A stretch of DNA of 60,518 nucleotides from a virus (IMGVR_UViG_3300042539_002213:1-60518); one strand, 5' to 3'. Positions 9,411 to 19,593 are shown, counted from the stretch's first letter. Notes: generated by a model not told the origin, from the sequence alone. Numbers and translations: made by a program.

Positions 9411-10375
9411 TAAACAGGCCTTTGCTTTCGTCTATGTGCTGGCGATACAGCTGGTTTTGAACGTTGCGGCCTTTCTATTTTGGGCGGTGCTGAAAAATTT
9501 TCAACTCGTTTTGGCTTAATTTCGGCATTTATGTTCTTTATTTCTTCCTCAATATAAGATCCAAGCTCTTTAGCGGAAAAACCGTTAGATGGTTTAATTA
9601 CTGAAGGCTGCGGTTCAATTTCCTCTGCCTTTATAATCGACCTGTAGTGTTGCATAATGTAATGCAAACACATTGCATCATACCCAGCGCTGTGCATACT
9701 GTCAGGGTCTATATTATGCAACTTGTCTAATCCATAATAGGATAGAATTGAGCTTAAATTCCACTTTAGACCTGCAATTCGTACACCAGCTACTCTTAAA
9801 AAGTAATCTCGCAGGGTCTCGCCGGAAACCGGAAGCATGATTGATTTGTAGTTTGCAAAACTGCTACCTGGATCCCATACCCGGGTAGCCTTAAAAATTA
9901 GACCTGTATCAAAATAGCCGGATGCAGGTATATCGAAGCTTCGATTTAAATAACGATTAAAATTGCTTCTAATCATTTTCTCGTCAGCCCATATGCCGTT
10001 TTGAGCTACAAAAGGCAATTCTTTTTGTCTGCAAACAGTGAATAGCTCATGATAGAAATTTAGAACAGAAATAGGATCGTGGCCTTCTACCTTAACCGTG
10101 GTAGGTAAAAGCCTCCAGCCAGCTCCCACTATACCCCTTAGATTTTGAAGCTTGTAGTCAAGCCAACTTGACTGAATATCTGTCTTGTACCAGTTTAGGA
10201 TAAAACTCTTATTGTCGACCACTTTGTTATCTTCTACCATAACGTGGCCGATTTCTAAGACTAAATCTGTATCCTGACTGTTACCGGTAAATTCAGTGTC
10301 GAAACAAATATAGGAGGTAGGGAAGCTACCTCCGTATTGCTTTTTAAATCTAGGACTCCATTCGTTTACTATCAT
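9410..10375 (-). CDS. DEDDh 3'-5' exonuclease (DnaQ-like)
   Basis: ExoI CFDTEFTG, ExoII AQNGIWAD, ExoIII HSAGYDA. Confidence 0.8.
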   Translation of the reverse strand: MIVNEWSPRFKKQYGGSFPTSYICFDTEFTGNSQDTDLVLEIGHVMVEDNKVVDNKSFILNWYKTDIQSSWLDYKLQNLRGIVGAGWRLLPTTVKVEGHDPISVLNFYHELFTVCRQKELPFVAQNGIWADEKMIRSNFNRYLNRSFDIPASGYFDTGLIFKATRVWDPGSSFANYKSIMLPVSGETLRDYFLRVAGVRIAGLKWNLSSILSYYGLDKLHNIDPDSMHSAGYDAMCLHYIMQHYRSIIKAEEIEPQPSVIKPSNGFSAKELGSYIEEEIKNINAEIKPKRVENFSAPPKIERPQRSKPAVSPAHRRKQRPV

Positions 10376-10385
10376 GAATATCTGT

Positions 10386-10898
10386 TTAGCCTTTTATAGC
10401 TCTAAACGCTGCTTTAATGCGTTGAGTTAGCCGATAAATCTTTCTTAACCAACGCGGGTACCGCATGTATTTAAGCAAATCACTTGCTTGACGGACAAGC
10501 TCTTGTTCTGAAAGCAATGGCCCTACGTTGCCCATCGTGGCTTCACGAACACCTACATGGTGCATACCAGCATACACAGTACCTATCATTGCCATAACTG
10601 CAACTTGCGCAGCAGGTTTGGTTTTGAAAAATCCAGCGTCCTCAATTGCGTTGGCCATAGGCTTTTTTGGGTTATCTACTGCCTGTATTAAATACCTGCA
10701 GTAAGCAGCACAAGCCTCACCCAAATCATTTTCAGACACTTTTTCTCGCTTTAAAATAGCTGCAAGTTCAGTCCAGGTAGAAGTATGTTCTAGCCTGTCT
10801 GCAACCATTTCCATAACCGATTTAAAGTTGTGAGCTACATCCCTGCTCGGGTTGTAAAGTCTCGGCTCACCTTCAGTCATTCTAGCTTGTAGGCTCAT
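10386..10898 (-). CDS. Hypothetical protein
   Basis: Likely start MSLQARM at 10898 after an AAGGAG RBS. Confidence 0.7.
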   Translation of the reverse strand: MSLQARMTEGEPRLYNPSRDVAHNFKSVMEMVADRLEHTSTWTELAAILKREKVSENDLGEACAAYCRYLIQAVDNPKKPMANAIEDAGFFKTKPAAQVAVMAMIGTVYAGMHHVGVREATMGNVGPLLSEQELVRQASDLLKYMRYPRWLRKIYRLTQRIKAAFRAIKG

Positions 10899-11244
10899 TT
10901 TTGTCTCCTTTGCTGCGTTGGTAGATGTCAATTATAGATCTAAGGTCTTTGTCGTTCAGATTGTCCAAATTAATTTTTCTAGCTGCAGCCGTGGCGTTAC
11001 GAATTAAAGCTCTTCTTAAAAAAAGTGCTTTTAATTCTGCGGTAGGTTTTCCTTTACATAAAATCCAGCAGCCTTGATGGGGCCTACCGCCTCTAACCTT
11101 TAAATCGGGCTCAACTTCGTAACTAGCTGTTTTAAGTCTGCCGGAAGGTGTGATTTTAACAATTGTTTCAATTACAGGTGTGCTGCTTCCGTAGTTATGC
11201 TCTAAAAAGTAGAGTTCATCCCCTACTTTAAATTCTTCCTCCAT
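10882..11244 (-). CDS. Small SH3-like phage protein, paralog of 12004..12357
   Basis: Shares KVGD, KITPSG, DLKxRG and DxDLxSIxDxYQ with 12004..12357. Confidence 0.7.
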   Translation of the reverse strand: MEEEFKVGDELYFLEHNYGSSTPVIETIVKITPSGRLKTASYEVEPDLKVRGGRPHQGCWILCKGKPTAELKALFLRRALIRNATAAARKINLDNLNDKDLRSIIDIYQRSKGDKNEPTS

Positions 11245-11365
11245 TCTTTTATCCTTTACTGCGTAGATGGTTAATTATTGTTAGTATAAACTTTTTTTAG
11301 ATAAAATACTCCGTAAACTATTACGCACAGTTTAATGTTATGTATTTAATTGTGCTTCAGTCATA

Positions 11366-11959
11366 TTATGCTGTTTGAGTCTGTACAAACTCTTTTGAAT
11401 CCATCCATTTTAGATGTTCCATAGAGTAAACTTGTTCTACAGCTTGAATCAAAGGCAAGCAATGAGTAGCAATGAAAAATTGAGTTTTGTTTTCCATTGC
11501 GGTTTTAATTGCACTGACTAGTTTGTATTGATTTCTTATTGAGAGTCCTGATTCTGGTTCGTCAATAGTAACAATGCAGTTCTCAGCCTTTGCTATAGGA
11601 TTGACAGTAAATTCTTTTATTACTTCACCGTGAGACTTAAATCGACTTTTAAGTGCAGCCGAAAAACCGATTCCGCTATCCTTACCATCTGCTGTACTAA
11701 AAAGATGTGGGTCTTTTATACGAGGATTGTGCTTTTCAGAATCAAAATAATAGGATTCAACACCTTTTTCGCCTTCTGGGGTTAACTCTACACTTAAAAA
11801 TGATTCTTTAGCTTGACCTAGCTGAGCCAAGCCTTGCAAGACTGTAGACTTACCTGCACCTTGATCACCGACAAGCAGTGTTAGCTGCCTAGCTTCTATG
11901 TTTAATCCCTGTTTTAAGCATCTGTTGTCTTGGTTTATTTTGATTGTTTTAATGTACAT
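11366..11959 (-). CDS. ABC-type (AAA_21-like) ATPase
   Basis: Walker A GDQGAGKST, signature SHGE, Walker B/D-loop IDEPESGLS, H-loop ATH. Confidence 0.85.
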   Translation of the reverse strand: MYIKTIKINQDNRCLKQGLNIEARQLTLLVGDQGAGKSTVLQGLAQLGQAKESFLSVELTPEGEKGVESYYFDSEKHNPRIKDPHLFSTADGKDSGIGFSAALKSRFKSHGEVIKEFTVNPIAKAENCIVTIDEPESGLSIRNQYKLVSAIKTAMENKTQFFIATHCLPLIQAVEQVYSMEHLKWMDSKEFVQTQTA

Positions 11960-12003
11960 TTTTTCCTCGTTGAGTTCTGTTTTGTTTCGATTTTACTTTA
12001 AAT

Positions 12004-12357
12004 TCAGCTACCATTCTCTTCTCCTAGTTGTTTTTGATACATATCCACTATTGATTTAAGGTCTTCGTCGCTAAGAATATCAAGCTTAATTTTTCTACAA
12101 GCTAATGTAGCTAAATCAATCAACTGATTTCTTTTAGTACGCTTATACACTTCTTTTGGATATTTACCTAAACACGTTACACTCCGTCCCGGATTCTGGG
12201 CACCTCTAATTTTTAAATCCGAAGTCATTGTGTAGCTACGTGTTTTAATAATACCAGATGGTGTAATTTTAAGTATTGACTGGGCTCTGTATATTTTTCC
12301 TGCTCGATATTCTACCTTAAACCAAATATCGTCACCTACTTTAAGTTTAGATTTCAT
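12004..12357 (-). CDS. Small SH3-like phage protein, paralog of 10882..11244
   Basis: KVGD...KITPSG shared with its paralog. Confidence 0.7.
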   Translation of the reverse strand: MKSKLKVGDDIWFKVEYRAGKIYRAQSILKITPSGIIKTRSYTMTSDLKIRGAQNPGRSVTCLGKYPKEVYKRTKRNQLIDLATLACRKIKLDILSDEDLKSIVDMYQKQLGEENGS

Positions 12358-13265
12358 TCTCTTCTCCTAACTGCTGCACATGAAATACAGATTGTGCCGT
12401 AAAGATTATCGCCCGAATCGCAATAGTAAGGCTTGTTACAATCCTTACATTTAATCATTGAATAAGTCCTAGGGTGTGTGGCTATTTCACATTTGTCGGA
12501 TCCGTAAGGACAGTGAAAACACTCAATATCGTGACCGTAACCCTTTAAACAAGGGTTAATTATCCTATTGCGTCTGACTATTAAATTGGTGTTATACGAA
12601 GTTGTAGCCCCGTTGTGCCCTACTTCTATAGCTACCGGTGCATTTTGAATTTTAGACTTATAAGGATCTATCAACAAAAAACAACGTAAGCCGCCGTATT
12701 GTCGATAATCCAAAAACAAATTTCGTCCGGTCTGATCACCGCGTTTATTTAAACGACTTCGGCTAAAACCAAAACCATTGTTTTTATCGTCTCGAAACGT
12801 GGCTAAGTACGATGTCTTCTCAAACGACCAATACTGAATCAAAGTTTTAGGTGCAATAGAACCAGTTAAACTTTGAAATATCAGCTGGTTCTTAATCTTT
12901 CCGTTGAATTTTACAACGTAGATTTCAGCTATCTCAACTGGAACCCATTCAAAATCTTTCTGGTAAACCCACTCTAAAACCGGCTGACTATTCCAAAGAG
13001 AATCCATGTTAGCGGCTATTCGCCAACAGAAATTAAGCAAATCCTTGTCGGAAAGTGTTTTGCCTGCCAGATTTTTAATGCTGTTTTCTACAGATGAAAC
13101 CGGAATGCCCTGTGGTAGCGCTGCAATTAAAGTGTGCTTAAACGCTTCATACTGTCCTTCCGTAAGCTTGTGACCTAGGTAGCCGGTTAAAGCACCCGTG
13201 AGCTTATCTCTTCGATCAAGCACCTTTTTAATGGATAGATTAGGTACAGGGGGTAGCTCATTCAT
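12354..13265 (-). CDS. Hypothetical protein with Cys-rich (Zn-binding) C-terminus
   Basis: Likely start MNELPPVP; CFHC, CKDC and CISC pairs. Confidence 0.65.
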   Translation of the reverse strand: MNELPPVPNLSIKKVLDRRDKLTGALTGYLGHKLTEGQYEAFKHTLIAALPQGIPVSSVENSIKNLAGKTLSDKDLLNFCWRIAANMDSLWNSQPVLEWVYQKDFEWVPVEIAEIYVVKFNGKIKNQLIFQSLTGSIAPKTLIQYWSFEKTSYLATFRDDKNNGFGFSRSRLNKRGDQTGRNLFLDYRQYGGLRCFLLIDPYKSKIQNAPVAIEVGHNGATTSYNTNLIVRRNRIINPCLKGYGHDIECFHCPYGSDKCEIATHPRTYSMIKCKDCNKPYYCDSGDNLYGTICISCAAVRRRE

Positions 13266-13746
13266 CTTCTTCGTAATCAGCGGCTTGAAGATCAATGTAA
13301 ACCCCGTGCTCCCAACGAACACCGTCAGGATGCTCAGACTCAGAGTTTATAAAATCAAGGACGTAATTACCATCTGAAGAATGACCGTAGTCAAACAGTA
13401 CATAAGGCCCGTAGTCAAACACAGGTTCAGACGTTGATACACCGTTTCTTCGCATATGTGCTTTAATACGTTTTGTAATGTCAATTATATCATCTAAAGT
13501 ACCGCCTGCGTTTAAGTAAGCAGTGAAAGCTGATAATAATAACTTGTTACGTATAACTACTGCATCACTACTTAAATCATTCAGACTGTCCAAACTATAA
13601 CTACCAAAAAAAGACGCCTTTGTATCGCTAGTAGTTAAATTTAATTTTACACCTACAATTTCAGGATCAGATTCGTGCTGTGATATCACAGCACTCCAAC
13701 CGTAATGCGCATCAATATTTGCGAATGGATGATTATCTCTATTCAT
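13258..13746 (-). CDS. Hypothetical protein
   Basis: Likely start MNRDNHPF overlapping the upstream stop. Confidence 0.65.
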   Translation of the reverse strand: MNRDNHPFANIDAHYGWSAVISQHESDPEIVGVKLNLTTSDTKASFFGSYSLDSLNDLSSDAVVIRNKLLLSAFTAYLNAGGTLDDIIDITKRIKAHMRRNGVSTSEPVFDYGPYVLFDYGHSSDGNYVLDFINSESEHPDGVRWEHGVYIDLQAADYEEDE

Positions 13747-14569
13747 TTTTTCTTCCGTATTTTGTAATGGATGTTGAAAAATTTTGGTGTAACAAGTCAG
13801 GATTCGCTTTACCATCTGCGAAAACATATTTTTCATTTTGTATACCTAGTCCTCTTCGTCCGGCCCTTCCGCCTACATTAATGTGTACCAGTGACTGAAT
13901 ACCGAAATCTCTCTGCTTAGATTTAACGCGACTGCAAGCTTCACAATGGCATTTAGCCAAATCCGGCGTCACCTGGCCTATAGATAAATCCTGCTGTCGG
14001 GTAAGTTCGCCTAAGATAGAATCACCACCGTTATGGTGTAAAGCCGAAAAAGGGTAATCCCAGTTTCTAGCTACAGCACTATTTAAAACCCACCAACCCC
14101 CTGTAGCAAAACGATAAACATGCTCTGGCTTCACAGGCTTTTTAGAGTACCAGGGCTGATGCTCAATAGCCATGTATTGCTTATTCCGCTGCTTAATACG
14201 ATGTACGCTACCTACAACGGCATGCAATTCGGCATACTTATGTACTGCGTACCACCAAATCTCAGAGGAATTTTCTAGCCAACTATCATCATCAAACCAC
14301 ATAATGTATGGCGATTTAATGTTGTGGAACATCCTTTTCATCAAAGGATATTTACCTACGTTTTTATTAGACGACTCTTGATAAACAGACACAGGGGTTT
14401 TTACTGATATTTTTTCAGCCCACATGTGTGCAAATCTATAAGTCTCGTCACTAACGGCATTTAGACCTAGCCGTATGTCTTTTACTCTCCAGTGATTTTC
14501 AAGAGAGTTTAAAACACGTTTGGCTAGGTCTAAATAATCACCGTAAAAAAGAACACAGATTGTAAACAT
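13739..14569 (-). CDS. GT-A (GT2-like) glycosyltransferase
   Basis: NVGKYP, YIMWFDDDS (DxD), TGGWW and GGDSILG motifs. Confidence 0.65.
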   Translation of the reverse strand: MFTICVLFYGDYLDLAKRVLNSLENHWRVKDIRLGLNAVSDETYRFAHMWAEKISVKTPVSVYQESSNKNVGKYPLMKRMFHNIKSPYIMWFDDDSWLENSSEIWWYAVHKYAELHAVVGSVHRIKQRNKQYMAIEHQPWYSKKPVKPEHVYRFATGGWWVLNSAVARNWDYPFSALHHNGGDSILGELTRQQDLSIGQVTPDLAKCHCEACSRVKSKQRDFGIQSLVHINVGGRAGRRGLGIQNEKYVFADGKANPDLLHQNFSTSITKYGRKNE

Positions 14570-14601
14570 TAAGCTTTCTGCTTAGCTATGATTTTCTTTT
14601 G

Positions 14602-15333
14602 TCATTTAAGCAATTGTGCCTTGGTTTCCGACAGTCGTTGAGTAGTCTCTTCTACCTGCTGTAAAGCAGCGTCAAGATTACCAACGAAAGACGGGTCGGC
14701 TTCAGCTAGATCCATCTCACTCAAAGCTGCAGCTAGTGGGTCAGTGATAATGTCCACGTAATTAGCTGTGCTTTGAGTGCTATTAATTAGCTTCTGTAGC
14801 ATAGCATTTGGAGACTTCGGCACACTTGGCTTTCTTCCCCCACTACGCTTAATATCCGACTCCTGATTACTAGTTAGCTCTAACGCCAGATCTTTAGCGC
14901 TCCAACTATTCTTAAGTGCGCTTTGAATCAGTTTTTCTCGACGGCCTTCATTTGAAATTTTTTGCAGCTCGTAAAAATGACTCCAGGTCAAATACTTGCC
15001 ATTTTCCATTGGTGACTCAAGATAGCCAACGATTTTCTCCCGCGTAAAAACTGTCGCTACGTTTTTCAGATTAGCCAGCATCGTCAGTGAAAAGTCTTTG
15101 CCGAGATAAGCTGAAAGCTTTTTAAGCTCTTTTTGCTTATCGGCTGCAGAGATAGAGGCACTGTCGTAAATTTCTTTAATGGCTGCTCCCATGTCATAAT
15201 AAACTACCGCACCTATTTTGCTTGCTGCGGCTAGCTTTTCAGTACAAGTAGTTGCCACTTTTCTAGTAGTTTCGTGCATCTTTGCGATCAAATCTGCACG
15301 CTTCTTTATAGTAAGCTCCACGTTAAACCTCAT
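14602..15333 (-). CDS. DUF1016 N-terminal-like helical DNA-binding protein
   Basis: YYDMGAAI...LTWSHFYEL...R..L...A...WSAKDL matches the YhcG/DUF1016 N-domain pattern. Confidence 0.55.
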   Translation of the reverse strand: MRFNVELTIKKRADLIAKMHETTRKVATTCTEKLAAASKIGAVVYYDMGAAIKEIYDSASISAADKQKELKKLSAYLGKDFSLTMLANLKNVATVFTREKIVGYLESPMENGKYLTWSHFYELQKISNEGRREKLIQSALKNSWSAKDLALELTSNQESDIKRSGGRKPSVPKSPNAMLQKLINSTQSTANYVDIITDPLAAALSEMDLAEADPSFVGNLDAALQQVEETTQRLSETKAQLLK

Positions 15334-15874
15334 CTCGTTGTTTTAAATTACTCAAAAAACCAGTAAATGACTGGACTATCAAGGTACTTCCGCCTTCTTG
15401 TTTGTAAATATGACACCCGGAGCTTTCCGGCACATATTTTTCAAAAGAACCATTATGCACGATTAATCCTTGCTGAAAACCTTTTCGCGGAAATACCAAA
15501 CCTACAGGGCAACAATCAAAATCCCAGGAACACTGCTTTAGCTTTTCTGTGTACCTTTTTATTACAGGCAAAGCAGTGAACGATTTAAACCACATCGGAT
15601 GTACGGATTTGTTATCTCTATGAATGGGTATCTGATCGCTTAAAGTATCAAAGAAAAGATGCATTGGAAATGCACTGCAGACTTGAAGAAAAGCGTCAAA
15701 AGTAAACAAATCGGTAACCGTAATGTTTTTTATCTGCGGCTTTAAATGCGTTAACTGCATAACTTGCAGTAAGTGTAAGATTCTTGAATGCTCCCAAGAC
15801 GATTTCACCGCCTCTGCTGACGCGTAAGGATTTATTTTCGCCAGCAGAGGGTGATTAGGATTACCTTGTGTCAT
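15323..15874 (-). CDS. Hypothetical protein
   Basis: 183-aa ORF with an ATGA overlap with the recA stop. Confidence 0.7.
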   Translation of the reverse strand: MTQGNPNHPLLAKINPYASAEAVKSSWEHSRILHLLQVMQLTHLKPQIKNITVTDLFTFDAFLQVCSAFPMHLFFDTLSDQIPIHRDNKSVHPMWFKSFTALPVIKRYTEKLKQCSWDFDCCPVGLVFPRKGFQQGLIVHNGSFEKYVPESSGCHIYKQEGGSTLIVQSFTGFLSNLKQRDEV

Positions 15875-17721
15875 TCAGCTGCCTCTCGTTGTTGCTGCAC
15901 AATCTTATCTAGCGCGATACCATTAATTAACTTAGGTCGCACTTTAATGCTTAACGCTTCACGGATATCCGCACATATTTTTGGGTTCTCGTGAATCATT
16001 CGTCCTACTTCCTGGTAATTTAGGTATTCTTCCTTACCCATACCTAAAGCAGTTAGATTAGCCATACATTCAACATCGGCGGTAGGGGATTTTGTCTTGA
16101 TATTTATCCCGCGATCCTGCAAACGCTTCTTGTAAATACCTTCAGCGCTATTTAGTAGATCGCAAATAGACCAATCCCAATCCCAGGTCACTTGTTGAAT
16201 AAGCTCACCGGTGTTCGGATCTTCTTCATACCACCAGATAAACCGAGTTTTAATTGACCTGTGTGTAGGCCCAAACGAATTCTTAGCGCAAGCAATCTTA
16301 ACCCCAATTCCTTCAAATTGGTTGTTCTTGAATTTGCTCTTCCACACAGAATTGTGTAGCTCAATTGACTCTCGGAAATTAACATTACCGCCGCCAAGTG
16401 TGTACTTATGCTCAATACCCTGATCGTCAGTCTTGGTTTTCAAGTGATTAACGATCAGAAGCATAAACGGCCAATCTGCCATTTGCGGTACAAACGCATT
16501 AATAAAATTCTTGTTCTTCAATGCGTCAACAGGGTGCGCTCGGCCTGCGTGACCGGCTGCAAACACCTTATCTTGAATTTCTTCAGATAAGCCTGCTGCA
16601 AGCGAGTCTAGGCCCATAGCTACAGGGACAGTAAGCCCTGGACCAGGTTCTTCCTTTGTGCCGGTTAAAGCTTTCTTAGCCTCGTTGGCATAGTGTGTGA
16701 GCATATTTTGCCACTCTTCAGTAGAGTGTGCCCGGTTAGAGATATAGGGCTGCAGCCCAGGTGGCGCTCGCATAATATTGCACGCAAAGTCACCGTCAAA
16801 TTTATGCTCAACGTCAACGTGAAACTCAATACCGTTGCTCTCGTGAACCCATCTGAAAAACTCGAACAACAACGATGTTTTGCATGAGCCCCAACTACCA
16901 GCCAGCATGATTAACGCAAACGGTAGAATATCGTTAGCAATAACGTACTCCATTGGCAACGAAGGTGTTGGAATACCTACGCAAAGCTGCTCTAACTCTT
17001 TCCTGGATCCGAATACACGCGTAGCCCCGAATTTCTCTTTAGCTGCTGCCACGAAATTATCCATCATGGCATTACGGATGTTTTGCTTACCATGCCATTT
17101 TTCTTGTGCGTCTTGAAGCTTAGATTTAGCTACTCGACCTGCACGTGGATCATGAAACACCGCTAGCTTAGACTCTTCCGGTTTAGCTGTAACCTTTTCG
17201 GGTTTAATTTCGGATTTAGGTGCAGCTTCTTCTTGAGGATCTGATTCATTAAATTCGGTGTAGTCTGCGCTAACACTACTGGCTGTTTCAGGTTTAGCTG
17301 GCCTGCCTCGTTTCTTAGGTGCTGTGTCAGCAAGTTTCTCGCCGCTCTTAGGGGGTCTTCCCCTGTGTTTAATTTCCACAGGTGGAGCTGCGTCTACTAC
17401 AGCCGAATCGGCTAAACCCAAAAGTAGGTTTTCATCGCTGTTGTCATTATTTTCCTGGTTGGCAGCTAACGCAAGCAAAGCAGATTCTTCTTCAAGCTTA
17501 GGGTCGTTTTCTACCACTGATTTATTCTTTGGCGGTCTACCTCGCCTTTTAATTAGCTTTGTAGTGGTTTCCTCGGGATTGACTTTACGCGGCCTGCCTC
17601 TGCCCCGAGTAGGTGTAACCTCAGGTAATTCGTCGTCTATTAAATCCATAGGAATGTCAACCGTATCCTCGGTTTCAAGCTCGTTAAATTCAAACGGATT
17701 TTCATCATCATATTCAGACAT
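15871..17721 (-). CDS. RecA/UvsX-like recombinase with acidic, AT-hook-containing N-terminal extension
   Basis: Walker A GSWGSCKTS, DVEHKFD, Walker B LDSLAA, VNHLK, LGGG, KNSFGP; four RGRP motifs in the N-terminus. Confidence 0.85.
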   Translation of the reverse strand: MSEYDDENPFEFNELETEDTVDIPMDLIDDELPEVTPTRGRGRPRKVNPEETTTKLIKRRGRPPKNKSVVENDPKLEEESALLALAANQENNDNSDENLLLGLADSAVVDAAPPVEIKHRGRPPKSGEKLADTAPKKRGRPAKPETASSVSADYTEFNESDPQEEAAPKSEIKPEKVTAKPEESKLAVFHDPRAGRVAKSKLQDAQEKWHGKQNIRNAMMDNFVAAAKEKFGATRVFGSRKELEQLCVGIPTPSLPMEYVIANDILPFALIMLAGSWGSCKTSLLFEFFRWVHESNGIEFHVDVEHKFDGDFACNIMRAPPGLQPYISNRAHSTEEWQNMLTHYANEAKKALTGTKEEPGPGLTVPVAMGLDSLAAGLSEEIQDKVFAAGHAGRAHPVDALKNKNFINAFVPQMADWPFMLLIVNHLKTKTDDQGIEHKYTLGGGNVNFRESIELHNSVWKSKFKNNQFEGIGVKIACAKNSFGPTHRSIKTRFIWWYEEDPNTGELIQQVTWDWDWSICDLLNSAEGIYKKRLQDRGINIKTKSPTADVECMANLTALGMGKEEYLNYQEVGRMIHENPKICADIREALSIKVRPKLINGIALDKIVQQQREAAE

Positions 17722-17735
17722 AGCAACTCCACAGA

Positions 17736-17764
17736 AGTGTAGCCGGTATTACACCGGCTACACT
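17736..17764. promoter_or_regulatory. Perfect 12-bp hairpin just upstream of the recA RBS
   Basis: AGTGTAGCCGGT-ATTAC-ACCGGCTACACT; no U-tract directly downstream on either strand. Confidence 0.5.
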
Positions 17765-17793
17765 GTAAAAAGAAGGGTTAATTAAAAGGTTAA

Positions 17794-19593
17794 TTATTGT
17801 TTGGGCTTAGAAGAACGTGCTTTAGCCCTAGAAATAGCTTTTGCGGTTGAAAGACTTTTCTCGACTTGGTCTTCAAATGTATCAGAGGTGTTATTTTCTT
17901 CAACCGGATCAAAATCAGCAGATACTTCATCCGAATCATCAAAACCATCATCCGATGCTTCAAACTGATCTTCAGTATCACCTTGCTCTAGTTCGATTTC
18001 GTCTCCAAATTCGTCATCAAAACTATCTACTAGTTCATCTGCCTTACTTGCAGGTGCCGATTTAATTTTTTCGGCTTTATTTTTAGCAGGCGATGTGTCT
18101 TCAGCAGAAAACTGGTCGTCAAACGAATCAAAACTTTCAATGTCATCTGGCACGGAATCTACTTCTGGTAATTTTTGTGCCGAAGCTTTTGACGTATTCT
18201 TTTTGACAACTGGTTCTGGTTGAAAAGCTTCTTCCTCTTCGGCTGGATCATTAATATCATCAGCAGCGTCAGGAATTGTTACTTGAGTTCGATTACGCAG
18301 CACAGCTTTTACCGAATCAAATTCCAAGTATTCAGGATTACTCATCCAGCATAGTTCTACAAGCTGCGGTACAAACCTAAAAGCTTTAGCAATCCACAAG
18401 CAACGTTCTTCGATAGATGGCTCGTAAAGCAAGAAAGAATCAGCTGGATCTGATTGGCCTTCCCGCCAGAAGAACAAATGCTTTGAAGTAATATTCTCAA
18501 CTTGCTCTGTAGTCAACGAAGGCCTGAGTTCGCCATTAGGGCCAGGAATCATCGTGGACAAGCTAACTTCATACTCAGTGATTTCCTTAGCGCTTTGACC
18601 TGATACATAAGTGCTATATGCGGAAAGCTGTCGGTTAAAGACATTGTAAGGGTCTTTTTCGCCCTTCTTTGTATCTTGCTTAGGCAAGAATTTATCTGGA
18701 TTAAAAAGGTGTACAAACACACCGGCTTTAACTGTCCTAGTCTGATGGCTGTAAATGCCGCATGGATCCCCGTATTTATACATCAACGAAGGATTCAAAT
18801 CTAAATTACCCTCAACGGCAGTTTCCTTCGGCTTACAAAACATTTGAAGTATTTTTCGACCAGTTGAGACACTAATTGGTGTAACTACCAGTGGGTCATC
18901 GGCGCGGTCACCTAGCGGCACTCCATCGCGGGCAATTTCTTTGTCTACAGACTTATTGCCGGACTCATAATGAATGTGTTCACGAACAAGGTCTAAGTCT
19001 GGACCATTATTGTAGACAGAGCCGATAATAAAATACTGCTGCTTCCACTTTGAAATAGCAGGCGTTTTACCTGCAAGCAAACAATTCCAATCAGAATCCC
19101 ATTTACGATTCTGTGCAAACCTGCCGCTTTTAGCTGCATCCTTGGCAACCTTACTAAATTTAATGTAAGGCTCCTCCCAAAACGAAATGCCATCTGCTAC
19201 AGACTCTTTATCTCTGGCAATGATATACGACACAGGGTTACAGTCCTTAGCGTCGTAATTGATGTTTTGCGCCGGAGTATTGTTTGGATGAATACCCGCA
19301 TAGGAACAAATGTAAACAGGTTCAGAGATAGAGACACCGCCAAGACCTGCTACATCGTTTGTATCCAATCTACCGTTTAGCAGTTTGGTTGGATCTTCTG
19401 GATCTAGCATATTCCAGATTCGAACAGAATAAGTACCGCCTTTACGGTAGCAATCTGGATTCAGTAGCCTAATGTTTTTGGCATTCGGATTAATAAAGTG
19501 ATTGTTCTTTGGTAGCAAATTTCCGCTGTCAGAATCCTTCGGCAACAAATTTCGCTTAACGGTTGACTTACTTCGTGGCTTTAGCCTGCTCAT
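17794..19593 (-). CDS. Hypothetical replication protein, possible ssDNA-binding protein
   Basis: 599 aa with a long D/E-rich C-terminal tail; lies between the polymerase/dTMP kinase and recA. Function inferred only. Confidence 0.45.
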   Translation of the reverse strand: MSRLKPRSKSTVKRNLLPKDSDSGNLLPKNNHFINPNAKNIRLLNPDCYRKGGTYSVRIWNMLDPEDPTKLLNGRLDTNDVAGLGGVSISEPVYICSYAGIHPNNTPAQNINYDAKDCNPVSYIIARDKESVADGISFWEEPYIKFSKVAKDAAKSGRFAQNRKWDSDWNCLLAGKTPAISKWKQQYFIIGSVYNNGPDLDLVREHIHYESGNKSVDKEIARDGVPLGDRADDPLVVTPISVSTGRKILQMFCKPKETAVEGNLDLNPSLMYKYGDPCGIYSHQTRTVKAGVFVHLFNPDKFLPKQDTKKGEKDPYNVFNRQLSAYSTYVSGQSAKEITEYEVSLSTMIPGPNGELRPSLTTEQVENITSKHLFFWREGQSDPADSFLLYEPSIEERCLWIAKAFRFVPQLVELCWMSNPEYLEFDSVKAVLRNRTQVTIPDAADDINDPAEEEEAFQPEPVVKKNTSKASAQKLPEVDSVPDDIESFDSFDDQFSAEDTSPAKNKAEKIKSAPASKADELVDSFDDEFGDEIELEQGDTEDQFEASDDGFDDSDEVSADFDPVEENNTSDTFEDQVEKSLSTAKAISRAKARSSKPKQ

